From NCBI GenBank assembly GCA_048498835.1, contig JBEHXF010000029.1, positions 1 to 24,035 on the forward strand: a DNA stretch of 24,035 nucleotides, in the 5' to 3' direction. The translations under genes and the position numbers were made by a program. Under the pieces are notes generated by a model, which worked only from the letters and a program-made list of their open reading frames with translations, was not told the origin of the DNA and searched no databases. Shown here piece by piece: positions 1-9,078 of this stretch (position 1 is the stretch's first letter; every line of letters starts with the position of its first letter). The DNA is from Chlamydiota bacterium (lineage in GTDB: Bacteria; Chlamydiota; Chlamydiia; Chlamydiales; SM23-39).

Positions 1-84
1 GTCGATCGAGCTCCCGACTTTCTCGCCGCTAAGCTAGTTTATAAAATCCTTTCCTATCAATTTCAATCCAAGAAGAAACCATGA
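1..84 (+). CDS. speB: C-terminal end of a probable agmatinase (ureohydrolase family), partial; not in ORF track
   Basis: Frame 1 reads VDRAPDFLAAKLVYKILSYQFQSKKKP*. DFLAAKLxYK resembles the agmatinase terminal helix. The TGA (82-84) overlaps the next ATG (ATGA coupling) of a DHS-like gene, a common pairing. Confidence 0.65.
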   Translation, partial: VDRAPDFLAAKLVYKILSYQFQSKKKP

Positions 85-1046
85 CGATTCGCGAATTCAT
101 GAAAAAAAATTACAAACACTTCAATGCGGCGATTTGTGTAGACGCGGCTGAAGGGTGGATTGATCTGTTGAAAAAAAAGGGAAAAATGCTGGTCACTCTC
201 GCTGGAGCGATGAGTACCGCGGAGCTTGGGATTTCTCTCGCAGAGATGATTCGACAAGATAAAGTTCATGCTATTTCGTGCACGGGAGCTAACTTAGAAG
301 AAGATATCTTCAACTTGGTTGCTCACAATCATTATCAAAGAATTCCCGATTATCGTTCGCTGACTAAAAAAGACGAATTTAAGCTCCTCAAGAAGGGGAT
401 GAATCGAGTCACGGATACTTGTATTCCCGAAGAAAAGGCATTTCGCCGCATCGAAAAGGAAATTCTCGCTCTTTGGGTCAAGGCTGATAAGGCTAAAAAA
501 AGTTACTTTCCCTATGAATTCATGTACCAGCTTTTAGATCTTCCTTCCATTCGCAAAACGTTTGAGATCGATCCGAAACATTCCTGGGTTTTAGCGGCAA
601 AAGAGAAGAATCTCCCTATCCTTTCTCCTGGTTGGGAAGACTCGACCTTAGGCAATATTTTCGTCTCTCATGTTATCTCGAAGGATCTGAGCCGTTTCAA
701 TATCGTCAAATCGGGCTTGGAGCAGATGGCGTTTTTTATCGACTGGTACAAAAAACATTCGCGCAAATCGAAAATCGGATTTTTCCAAATAGGCGGGGGA
801 ATTGCTGGCGATTTTCCCATCTGCGCGGTACCGCTCATTCGGCAAGATCTCGGACAAAAGGTGCCATACTGGGGTTATTTTTGCCAAATCAGCGATAGCG
901 TCACTTCGTTTGGTTCCTACAGCGGTGCTGTGCCTAATGAGAAAATCACCTGGGGCAAGCTCGATGCTGACACCCCGAGCTTTGTGATTGAATCCGATGC
1001 GTCCATTGTGGCGCCACTCGTGTTTCACTACGTTCTCGATCGTTAA
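81..1046 (+). CDS. Deoxyhypusine synthase-like protein (probable homospermidine biosynthesis enzyme)
   Basis: Motifs LAGAMSTAELG, ISCTGANLEED, DSTLGN, IGGGIAGDF, GSYSGAVPNEKITWGK (active-site Lys region) and IESDASIV. Confidence 0.92.
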   Translation: MTIREFMKKNYKHFNAAICVDAAEGWIDLLKKKGKMLVTLAGAMSTAELGISLAEMIRQDKVHAISCTGANLEEDIFNLVAHNHYQRIPDYRSLTKKDEFKLLKKGMNRVTDTCIPEEKAFRRIEKEILALWVKADKAKKSYFPYEFMYQLLDLPSIRKTFEIDPKHSWVLAAKEKNLPILSPGWEDSTLGNIFVSHVISKDLSRFNIVKSGLEQMAFFIDWYKKHSRKSKIGFFQIGGGIAGDFPICAVPLIRQDLGQKVPYWGYFCQISDSVTSFGSYSGAVPNEKITWGKLDADTPSFVIESDASIVAPLVFHYVLDR

Positions 1047-1110
1047 TAAATCTTTTTTGTAGCGCTGAAGAAAAGATAATCACAGAGTTATACAGAGAAG
1101 AAAATGAATC

Positions 1111-1189
1111 TTCGATTCAGATTGAGGGTATAAACGAGAAAGATATCAGCGCAGAGGAAAAGCAGAGGCGCTGAGACGCAGAGAAAAAA
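1111..1189. repeat. Dispersed CGCAGAG-type repeat, copy 1
   Basis: GCGCTGAGACGCAGAGAAAAAA (1168-1189) is the exact reverse complement of 13501-13522. AAACGAGAAAGATATCAGCGC and TTCGATTC further left also resemble the reverse complement of 13519-13561. Confidence 0.8.
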
Positions 1190-1223
1190 TGCGAGAGTAA
1201 TCAAAATTCAGAATTTCTTAAGG

Positions 1224-1300
1224 AACAGGATAAGTAGGATCGACAAAGTGGGCATGAGCAGCAGGATTATCTTTGGGTTGCAGGGCTTCCCTGCATCTTG
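1224..1300 (+). repeat. 77-bp direct repeat, copy 1
   Basis: AACAGGATAAGTAGGATCGACAAAGT...TTGCAGGGCTTCCCTGCATCTTG recurs at 1430-1506 with 2 mismatches. Confidence 0.95.
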
Positions 1301-1315
1301 TAATTTTATCGTTCC

Positions 1316-1415
1316 CATCGTTATATCGTTATATCGTTTTTTAGTCCTATTCCTCGAAAATTGTTCTGATTTAAGTAAAAAAACAACGATTAAACGATAT
1401 AACGATATAACGATG
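1316..1415. repeat. Perfect 24-bp inverted repeat built from 8-mer tandem units
   Basis: CATCGTTATATCGTTATATCGTTT (1316-1339) and AAACGATATAACGATATAACGATG (1392-1415). Confidence 0.95.
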
Positions 1416-1429
1416 AGAAAAGAACTTTA

Positions 1430-1543
1430 AACAGGATAAGTAGGATCGACAAAGTTGGCATGATCAGCAGGATTATCTTTGGGTTGCAGGGCTTCCCTGC
1501 ATCTTGCAAATCCTACCTGATCCTCCCGCGAAGCGGATCCTGT
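1430..1543 (+). repeat. 77-bp direct repeat, copy 2, plus complementary right arm (MITE-like unit)
   Basis: Repeat at 1430-1506. Left arm ACAGGAT..GTAGGAT is complementary to ATCCTAC (1510-1516) and ATCCTGT (1537-1543), with a CCGC-GAA-GCGG mini-hairpin (1526-1536) between them. Confidence 0.85.
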
Positions 1544-1697
1544 CTTTCTTTTCGACTTAAACTTTCTTTATAGAACACCTTCTTTGAGAATTGCAGAAAA
1601 AGCCCCTTCGAAGGAACTTTTTCTTTCATATAAATTTAAAAGATCTTAAAATTAGACCGAATAAATTTTTAACAGTTTCATACAAATGGAGGTTAAA

Positions 1698-2084
1698 ATG
1701 GATTTCTCTTTGAAAAATGTAATTCATCACGGTGTTGAAGCCGCGGCTTGCATTGGAGTGGGATCTTTGGTTATTTCCAGTGTTACAAGCGCAACAATTG
1801 CGTATGGAACAGCGAAAATTTCTTATATGGCTACTCGGAAGCTATTAAGTAACTATATGCCTAATATGTCGCTCAGCCTCAATCAAAATATCAGCTGGGG
1901 CGTTGGTTTGCTCGCAGGGGGAGGCGCTTTGTATAAAGCTACCCACTTGTTAGCAGGTCCTGCACTCAATGCGTTGGAAACGATTGGAGCCGAAGTTGTA
2001 ACTACCGTGAGTGGCATGGGTGTGCGCGCTCTTGCGGATAAGAGTTTTGCTTACTTCTCACCGAATGAAATGAAGCGAGCTTAA
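1698..2084 (+). CDS. Hypothetical small hydrophobic (membrane) protein
   Basis: GGAGG at 1688-1692 favours the ATG at 1698. Ala/Gly/Val-rich hydrophobic stretches; no family recognised. Confidence 0.7.
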   Translation: MDFSLKNVIHHGVEAAACIGVGSLVISSVTSATIAYGTAKISYMATRKLLSNYMPNMSLSLNQNISWGVGLLAGGGALYKATHLLAGPALNALETIGAEVVTTVSGMGVRALADKSFAYFSPNEMKRA

Positions 2085-2102
2085 CTTTCAAGAGGCTGGA
2101 AT

Positions 2103-2816
2103 TTATTCCAGCCTTTCTAAATACGAGTTGATCACTTCGTCGACCGCTTGTTTGAGTTGGCTATTGACCGGAGGAAGTTGATCGACCACTTGCTGTGCCC
2201 AGAGGAAATATTCATCAATTCTTTTCTGCGGCCAATCTGTTGGTGGATTTTGTGATAAATCGGTCAGATTGTAGAGCTTATCCGAGAGCTTAATCAGAGC
2301 AGCTCCCGAAGATTTGTGGTGTGCATCGGCAATTTGCAATCTTTTTCTCTCTTCTTTCGATAGCGATTTATCATCAGTTACCTCGCGAACATATCCCTCA
2401 ACCTTTAGTCCAAAACGAGCGCTAATCTCTTCAAAGGTTGTATCGGTATCTTCGACGGTATCGTGGAGAAGGGCACCAATCAAAACATCCGCATCACGCA
2501 CTTGCCCTAGATGAGCTAAGGTATAAGAAACCCCGATGGGGTGAATAATGTATGGCGTGCCCTGTGGATCTTTTCTTTTTTGGTATTGATGTTTTTCGGC
2601 AGAAAAGACCATCGCATCGAGAATTCGAGCTGTATCTGTTTCGCTAATTTCTCTTTTATCGACTAAAGCTTGCACAAAACCGAGATACTTCTCACACGTC
2701 AGCATGACTTTTGAGTGGCTGTTTGAATGCGTCCGCACAGCGTCTTTAACTAAAGACAGAGGTGTTGTAGCAAAAGAGCTGCAAATCAGTAGAGAAGCTG
2801 CAAAAAAAGGGACCAT
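2103..2816 (-). CDS. Mesh1/SpoT-type HD-domain hydrolase (small alarmone hydrolase-like) with N-terminal signal-like peptide
   Basis: Motifs HQYQKRKD, TPYIIHP, ALLHDTVEDT, EVTDDKSL, ERKRLQI and IKLSDKLYNL. ATG at 2816 follows GGAAGGTGG; the longer track start runs into a repeat element. Confidence 0.88.
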   Translation of the reverse strand: MVPFFAASLLICSSFATTPLSLVKDAVRTHSNSHSKVMLTCEKYLGFVQALVDKREISETDTARILDAMVFSAEKHQYQKRKDPQGTPYIIHPIGVSYTLAHLGQVRDADVLIGALLHDTVEDTDTTFEEISARFGLKVEGYVREVTDDKSLSKEERKRLQIADAHHKSSGAALIKLSDKLYNLTDLSQNPPTDWPQKRIDEYFLWAQQVVDQLPPVNSQLKQAVDEVINSYLERLE

Positions 2817-2889
2817 AAACCACCTTCCATTTAAAGATTTGGGTAGCCCTAAATATGTCATGCTGAGCTTATCTACAAAAGTCCAAAGT

Positions 2890-2985
2890 AACGATAACGC
2901 CACGAAGCGTGGCTAACGATATAACGTCGGGGAAGCCCCGAACCCCCTTTTATTTTGCAGGGCTTCCCTGCATCGTTCTATCGTT
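2890..2985. repeat. Palindromic MITE/REP-like element related to the 1224-1543 repeats
   Basis: AACGAT(AT)AACG left arm, hairpins CCACGAAGCGTGG and CGGGGAAGCCCCG, then TTGCAGGGCTTCCCTGCATC (2955-2974, identical to 1278-1297 and 1484-1503), then right arm ATCGTTCTATCGTT. Confidence 0.85.
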
Positions 2986-3050
2986 GAATTCGCTTTACAG
3001 TACCAAAGCTCTAGGACCTATTTAAGACTACCGAGTTTTGGGGAGAGAAA

Positions 3051-3626
3051 TTAATAGCTTCTTAGGATTTTTTGTGCTTTTTTTACTTGTGCAAGACGCT
3101 CTTTTTTCCATGCATCGGCAATTTCTTTTCTCTTCGCGTTTGGATTTTTCTCTAAGTAGTGTTGAATGAAATTGAGATAAGCCCACTCTTTTTTAGGTGT
3201 TGCGGTTCTCTTTTGTCTGGTTTCGTATTCTCGTTGCCAAAAATTTGCAAATTCCTGGTAGGTGGGCGGCGTACCAGCTAGCCATTGCTCTTTGATCCAA
3301 TCTTGTCCAAAGGCGGTAAAATGGAAGTGGGTTCCCACTAATTTTTGCATAAAAAGACGGGTGTTTTGATCGTTCTTATAGCTTCCGAGCAAGATTAAGG
3401 TTTTGGGGGAGAGGGGGTAGGCTACCCCTTTTTTGGCTTTGGAAACTGCAGGTATAAGGGGAGAAGTTAAAATTTCGCCAGATTTGAGGAAGTATAGAAT
3501 TCTTCGGATCACTTCTCCTTTTTTGCCTGAAAAGGGGATGTGCAGATGCTCACAAACATCTTTTAGCTCTCCCATATTCAGGTAGTGAAGAGCTGTTTGC
3601 AATTCTGAGATATTTTTTTGGCTCAT
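3051..3626 (-). CDS. SAP-like / DUF6434-like domain protein
   Basis: N-terminal LNMGELKDVCEHLHIPFSGKKGEVIRRI is SAP-like. YKNDQNTRLFM..VGTHFHFTAFGQDW and AYLNFIQHYLEKNP resemble DUF6434 proteins. Start moved to ATG 3626 to avoid overlap with the divergent gene. Confidence 0.7.
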   Translation of the reverse strand: MSQKNISELQTALHYLNMGELKDVCEHLHIPFSGKKGEVIRRILYFLKSGEILTSPLIPAVSKAKKGVAYPLSPKTLILLGSYKNDQNTRLFMQKLVGTHFHFTAFGQDWIKEQWLAGTPPTYQEFANFWQREYETRQKRTATPKKEWAYLNFIQHYLEKNPNAKRKEIADAWKKERLAQVKKAQKILRSY

Positions 3627-3717
3627 AGCGCAATTGTAAGGGAGATGTGGGAAATTTTCTAGACGTTTAAAGTGGGTGTTGATAAAAATTTTAACTTTAA
3701 TCTTGGGAAAAAAATCC

Positions 3718-4785
3718 ATGACAACTGCAATACAAAACATGGCTTCAAAAGTTCGTTTTTGGGGTTATAGAACATCCACAGTTCTTAAATCGTTTAAAAC
3801 TCTCTACACTTTGCCTCAATCAAAAATTGATGCATTTTTAGATTCTTATGTGATCTATGATCATGACTGGGCAGAGGAAAAAGAGCTTCTCGCTAAACTC
3901 GGCCCCAATTATGAGCAGGAAATCCAGAAGAAATTGGTCGATTACTACTCTGTTCTCAATCATCTCTGCTCGATTGGACAGGTGGAAAAGATGTATATCC
4001 CTCCTGCGATTGATCTGTCCAAGAGCATCATCGCCAATCAAAAGCTGTTTGAGAGATTGTTGTGCCGCGATTTGGGTCTGACCTCGGAACATCGCGTTTT
4101 GGATATCGGATGCGGCAGGGGACGGGTTGCTAGCCATTTAGCGCAAGCGAGTGGCGCTCGTTTGGTCGGTATGAATATCGATCCTGATCAGCTAGAAAGC
4201 GCAAAAAAATTCGCCGCAGGAAATGGCCTTTCCAAGCGTTGCGAGTTCATCCGAGGAGATCTCAATCAGATACCTTATGCTTTTGCAGATGCGTCTTTCG
4301 ATCATATTTATGAGATCCAATGTATCTTCAGCCTCTCAAAAGATTTAGGGAAGACATTTAAAGAGATCCACAGGCTGTTGAAGCCAGGTGGAAGATTCGG
4401 CTGTCTAGAGTGGGCGAGCCTACCTGCTTATGATCCCAAAAATTCTCATCATGCCGATCTCATGAGAAGGATTAAACCGCTCATTGGAGCGATCGGCACC
4501 CATTCAGTGGAAAATTGCATCCGACTTTTGGAAAATGCTGGCTTTAAGATCATCAAAAACGAAAATGCGAGCATAGGAGGATATCAAGCTCCTCTGATTC
4601 AAAACGCCGATAAGTTCTTCACCCGAATCAATCGGTTGATCAACTTGTCTGTCGCTTGCAAAATCTTGCCGGCCCATTTCAAAGCGCTGTTCGATCGTCT
4701 GACCAAGGACGGAGAGGCATTTGTCGAAGCAGATCGTTTAGGATTGGTGACGACAAGTCAATATATCGTAGCAGAGAAGATTTAA
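3718..4785 (+). CDS. Class I SAM-dependent methyltransferase, sterol C24-methyltransferase-like
   Basis: VLDIGCGRG (motif I), DASFDHIYEIQ, EIHRLLKPGGRFGCLEW, YDPKNSHH and the C-terminal LVTTSQYIVAEK parallel ERG6/SMT segments. Confidence 0.8.
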   Translation: MTTAIQNMASKVRFWGYRTSTVLKSFKTLYTLPQSKIDAFLDSYVIYDHDWAEEKELLAKLGPNYEQEIQKKLVDYYSVLNHLCSIGQVEKMYIPPAIDLSKSIIANQKLFERLLCRDLGLTSEHRVLDIGCGRGRVASHLAQASGARLVGMNIDPDQLESAKKFAAGNGLSKRCEFIRGDLNQIPYAFADASFDHIYEIQCIFSLSKDLGKTFKEIHRLLKPGGRFGCLEWASLPAYDPKNSHHADLMRRIKPLIGAIGTHSVENCIRLLENAGFKIIKNENASIGGYQAPLIQNADKFFTRINRLINLSVACKILPAHFKALFDRLTKDGEAFVEADRLGLVTTSQYIVAEKI

Positions 4786-5534
4786 TCTATTGCAAGAGGT
4801 CGGGAATGTTCCCGATCTCTTAAAATCTGATGAGAGTAGAATTCTCGGTAAGAATCGATTTTGTCGTCAATTCTAACCATTAAAATGGAATTTGATGCTT
4901 CTATTGAAAAGCCCGATTTATCATATCCATTTATAATGATCAGAGTAAAATCTAATTTAGGGAAATAGTTCCTCAGTGCACGATTGAGTTTTTCTGCGTA
5001 GTTGTAGGAAATCTCCACGTTTTCCTCAAATTTCCATATGCGGTGTGGATCGGAAAGCGAAAGAGGTTGCGCTGTTCTGACGAAAAAAACTTTTCCCGGA
5101 TAATTGGCGAGTTGTCTAAAACGATCGATTCTTCTCTGGCATTTCAGCGTAAATTCTTTGACATTGTAATTTGCATCTTCCCAATCTCCTTCATTGAGAA
5201 ATTCCAGGTGATAATGCAAATTCAATAGGGATTGTCCTGAGATTTTAAGCATGTCGACATTTAAAAAATAAAGAAAATCTTCCTCTAAAAGCTCGATCAG
5301 CTTTTCACCATCAAAAGAAATAATCCAATCAAACGGAAAAGCTGCTTTTCTAATTCCGCATTCTCTCTGCATCCGAGCGGTGGTGCAAAAAGATCCCAAG
5401 CTGACAAAGAGAGGTTCACGCCTTATTTCATATTCAATATCATCTCCCAAATTTGAATCTTTTGTCTCGGCACTTAATAGAGAAGCAGAAATGAATAAGG
5501 AGAGACAAAAACCTCTGAACTTAAATCTCTTCAT
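4782..5534 (-). CDS. DUF1796-family putative papain-like cysteine peptidase with signal peptide
   Basis: VSLGSFC, AFPFDW and RRIDRF motifs; N-terminus MKRFKFRGFCLSLFISASLLSA. Confidence 0.75.
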   Translation of the reverse strand: MKRFKFRGFCLSLFISASLLSAETKDSNLGDDIEYEIRREPLFVSLGSFCTTARMQRECGIRKAAFPFDWIISFDGEKLIELLEEDFLYFLNVDMLKISGQSLLNLHYHLEFLNEGDWEDANYNVKEFTLKCQRRIDRFRQLANYPGKVFFVRTAQPLSLSDPHRIWKFEENVEISYNYAEKLNRALRNYFPKLDFTLIIINGYDKSGFSIEASNSILMVRIDDKIDSYREFYSHQILRDREHSRPLAID

Positions 5535-5545
5535 CTAATTCGGTA

Positions 5546-8500
5546 TTAAAAAGAGTATCCAATTTTTCCATAGAATTGATTGGAACTATAGCCACTTCCA
5601 AATTCTCCGTCGTAGCTAATGGAGCCGTAACCGTTCCAGTTCGTTTGCCAAAAGAGTTCAATGGCAGGAGAGAAGAGACTTTGCGCAGAGGTAAAGGACT
5701 CAACAACAAAGGATGTAGGAGCGCTCACGATGGCTGCATTGACCTGACCTACGTTATGGGGCTTTTTGTAGACGTAGCTCAACTTCGCTTGGGCGATGAA
5801 GGTTCCCCAGTTGTAGGTAGTTGTATTGTACCCATTGAGTCCTGTCTCGAAGCGCAACATCCACGATGTGCGAGAAGAGATCTTCATATTGTAGGGAGCG
5901 GCTCCTTTTTCTGAGTAGCTGGGATCCCATTCGCAAACCCAGTCTAGCAAAGCGAAGGGTTCGATGGTGCCAGTGGAGATGTTGAAATCGTAACCTGTAC
6001 CAAAATGGAGATCGAGTTGTCCCGCATGGTAGGAGCTTTTCGCCGTCTCATCAAATCCTGGGTAAGAAATAGTCCGTTTTTGATCGACGCCCATATATTG
6101 ACCCCAAATGGCTGCATCGAGGTAAAAATCGGAAAACGATTTCATTCCATAGACGCTTATGTAACCGGCATTCAGCTGACTATTGCCCACGGAGTTATGC
6201 TGTTGGATGGATGTGTGAGCATATCCAGCAAGCGTTCCGATGCATCCCTGATCGGTATTGCCGTAATCATAGGCGACAAAAAAGCCACCGTTATTGAAGT
6301 GAAAGCTCGGGGTTTGATCTTGAGAATTTTGACTATTAAAACCGCCAAAGCCCGTTGCCCAAATTTGGGAGGAAGTGTTCTTGGGTGGTGCATACATGGT
6401 GTCGCGGGGGGAGGGATTAGAATGAGCAGGGCGGCTCATAGCTAACTCTTCGTTTTCTGCCAAAAGAGCCGTTTCTTGGATCTGTCGATTTTTTTTCTGC
6501 TTAGAGGCCAATCGACGTTTGGTAAAGTGGGTTCCGAGCGACTCGGAAAACATAAACATCACGTTTTGGGCAGCAAAGGTGGAAATAGAAGTTCTAGCGG
6601 GGCTAATTGCTTCCAAAGCGTTTTCATATTCTGAAAAAGGGAGATTGTTTAGTAATTCATATTGATCCCTCAATCCCAATGATTCAGCCTCTGGACGTAG
6701 GGCATTGAGATAATTGGCCACTCTTCTATTGTTACCACGAAGTCCTTGCGTGGAAAGAACCGGAGGAAGATCGCTGGAGAATTCAAACTGCACATAAGTG
6801 GGCATTCCAAGGGGTAAATAGGAGAGTGAGTAACTCGTCGGAATGAATTGTGGAAAAAGGACAGAATCAAAAGTACCTGTAAGACCCGAAGAGGTAAGAA
6901 GGACGTATGATCCGGGCAAGGCGTTTGAGTCTAGATCGATCTCTAAAAAACCAGCCAACGCGGCAGTGTCGGTCACTGAAACAGAAGAGGTGCCTTCGGC
7001 ATCGATTTCGATATGCACGAGGCTTCCTAAGCTACCGCCTCCTTCGGGATTTAAGGTCAAACTGCGAAGAGTGAGTATTTGTCCCGGGTCTGGAGAAATT
7101 ATTCCAGAGTTGACAAAGACCATTCTATCAATGGTTCCATTTCCGCTTAATGTTCCCCTTTGTCCTGTTATTCTACAGACCGAAACTTGTTTTCCTATTG
7201 CGGACCCGATTAGGCCATTTACTTTGAAGTTTGCACTATTGATTGTGAAGTTTCCTTGAAAATCGGTTGTTCCGTTGTAAACAACCGTTCCATTTCCATC
7301 AATATAGATGTCCGTGCTTCCTCCTCCAAAAGATGTGTCATCGACAAATGAGACCTCTTCACCGAGTGTCAACAGATCGTTGGTGTCTTCCGCAGTCAAG
7401 AAAAGTCTAGAGCCTTGCCTCATAAAAATACTATTTCCTAGAGCTGATCCAGGATTTCCTGGTTCTGCTCCTGAAGCTCCCTCACCCCCGTTTCCAGCGA
7501 TTGCGAGTGTATTGACTGTATTGAAGAGAGTAGGAACACCTGAAAGCGCTTTTATCGTTAAATCTATACCACTATCGATAAAGATTGCCCCCCCAAGCCC
7601 GCTTCCGCCGCCGCCTCCTCCTCCCCCTGAACCCGCACTGACAACTGTAGCTCCGATTCCTCCAGAACCTCCGCCGAGATAGCCTATATCCATTCCGCCT
7701 GGAGACGCCGTGGAGCCATTAGTAGGCCCCCCGCCTCCGCCTCCACCTCCGCCTAAAGAATTACCACCGTTAGCTAGGGTGTCACCCGAACCATTGACTC
7801 CGCCGCCGCCTCCACCACCACCCGTTCCTCCTACACCACCTTCGACAGTATAGCCGCTCGCTTCATCACTTCCTAATCCAGCGCCACCGCCGCCGCCGCC
7901 ACCGTAACCTCCATTTCCGGCTGCTCCACAGATTAAATTGGATATTCCGTTAATGACAACACCGCCGCCGCCGCCACCACCGCCATCGGCTCCAGATCCT
8001 CCTGAGGGGGTAAAGCTAAATCCAGGTGCCCGGCCTCCTCTAGGTGGTTGTCCTTCTGTACCGCCAGCGCTTCCTCCGCCGCCCCCACCTCTCTCTCCGC
8101 TCTCTGTCATCGCATTTCCACCACCACCACCGCCACCATTCGCCCCGGGAGCATAGCCACCACCTCCCATGCCAGGCGAATTGACAAGGCCATAACCATT
8201 TCCTGCTAGTCCATCCTCTTGGTTGCCATCATCTTGATCTCCCCCGCCTGTTCCGAGATTCATAAGCATCCCAATGGTTGCGCGAGATCCGAAGCCACCT
8301 CCACCTCCGCCCCCGCCTCCTAGCGGATCATCAATAGGAGTAAGAACAGTCCCGCCATTTCCACCAAAACCGCCCCCGCCTCCACCCCCAGAACTACCGA
8401 CTACGGAAACACTTCCTCCATTACCCCAAAAACCACCTCCACCACCCGCTCCCTGAGTGCCTGTCCCCCCATCGTCGGAATAAGCTCCTCCAGTTCCACC

Positions 8501-9028
8501 TTCAGCAGTACAATTTTCGATCGATACATTCATTAACGTAATGGCAGGACTTCCAGAGATCAAAAAATTACTGGGTGCGTAGATGGCACCCCCAGCCCCT
8601 AGCCCACCGCCACCGCCAGAGATTCCATTTCCGCCATCTCCTCCTTTAGCTGTTAAGTTTTGAAACTTCATGTTTTGGATGGTGACAATTCCTGCAGGAA
8701 TAAAAAAACCGCCATACGTGCCTCCGTTCCCATCAATCGTAGTGGTAGCGGTGGAGCCAGAATTGCCGATGGTGATATTGACATTTAGCATGGAGTTATT
8801 GACGACCGGCAGAAGTCCATTGAGTTCAATTGTCATCGGCATGTCAAAAACGATCGCATAATCCTCTGCTGACGTTGATAAGTTTGTATTCATGGTGTTT
8901 ATGCACCATCTCAGATCGCCTGAATCTCCAAAGCCGCCGGGATTTAAGTCTGTCGGTAGGGATACATGAAGTGTTGTTAAGCCGAATAAGGAGTGAGCTG
9001 TGAAGAGAAATAGCCAATTTTTATACAT
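5546..9028 (-). CDS. Glycine-rich autotransporter (Pmp-like), paralog 1
   Basis: Signal-like N-terminus from ATG 9028, long Gly-rich passenger with GGAIY/GGAIF, and a C-terminal beta-barrel ending YGKIGYSF. Confidence 0.88.
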   Translation of the reverse strand: MYKNWLFLFTAHSLFGLTTLHVSLPTDLNPGGFGDSGDLRWCINTMNTNLSTSAEDYAIVFDMPMTIELNGLLPVVNNSMLNVNITIGNSGSTATTTIDGNGGTYGGFFIPAGIVTIQNMKFQNLTAKGGDGGNGISGGGGGLGAGGAIYAPSNFLISGSPAITLMNVSIENCTAEGGTGGAYSDDGGTGTQGAGGGGGFWGNGGSVSVVGSSGGGGGGGFGGNGGTVLTPIDDPLGGGGGGGGGFGSRATIGMLMNLGTGGGDQDDGNQEDGLAGNGYGLVNSPGMGGGGYAPGANGGGGGGGNAMTESGERGGGGGGSAGGTEGQPPRGGRAPGFSFTPSGGSGADGGGGGGGGVVINGISNLICGAAGNGGYGGGGGGGAGLGSDEASGYTVEGGVGGTGGGGGGGGVNGSGDTLANGGNSLGGGGGGGGGPTNGSTASPGGMDIGYLGGGSGGIGATVVSAGSGGGGGGGGSGLGGAIFIDSGIDLTIKALSGVPTLFNTVNTLAIAGNGGEGASGAEPGNPGSALGNSIFMRQGSRLFLTAEDTNDLLTLGEEVSFVDDTSFGGGSTDIYIDGNGTVVYNGTTDFQGNFTINSANFKVNGLIGSAIGKQVSVCRITGQRGTLSGNGTIDRMVFVNSGIISPDPGQILTLRSLTLNPEGGGSLGSLVHIEIDAEGTSSVSVTDTAALAGFLEIDLDSNALPGSYVLLTSSGLTGTFDSVLFPQFIPTSYSLSYLPLGMPTYVQFEFSSDLPPVLSTQGLRGNNRRVANYLNALRPEAESLGLRDQYELLNNLPFSEYENALEAISPARTSISTFAAQNVMFMFSESLGTHFTKRRLASKQKKNRQIQETALLAENEELAMSRPAHSNPSPRDTMYAPPKNTSSQIWATGFGGFNSQNSQDQTPSFHFNNGGFFVAYDYGNTDQGCIGTLAGYAHTSIQQHNSVGNSQLNAGYISVYGMKSFSDFYLDAAIWGQYMGVDQKRTISYPGFDETAKSSYHAGQLDLHFGTGYDFNISTGTIEPFALLDWVCEWDPSYSEKGAAPYNMKISSRTSWMLRFETGLNGYNTTTYNWGTFIAQAKLSYVYKKPHNVGQVNAAIVSAPTSFVVESFTSAQSLFSPAIELFWQTNWNGYGSISYDGEFGSGYSSNQFYGKIGYSF

Positions 9029-9078
9029 GAGGAAGCCTAAATTATTCTTGGCTATCGTAAGGTGTAAAAAAAAATTAT

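Noticed and set aside
1248..1430. 60-aa ORF
   Set aside because: Lies entirely in repeat DNA.
1224..1506. CRISPR array
   Set aside because: Only two 77-bp copies with a self-palindromic spacer; wrong dimensions and no cas genes.
5546..6400. DGR template/variable repeat pair with 18376-19200
   Set aside because: Both copies are coding paralogs, differences are not adenine-specific, and no reverse transcriptase is present.
7308..8861. Pro-rich plus-strand ORFs
   Set aside because: Antisense shadows of Gly codons in autotransporter 1.
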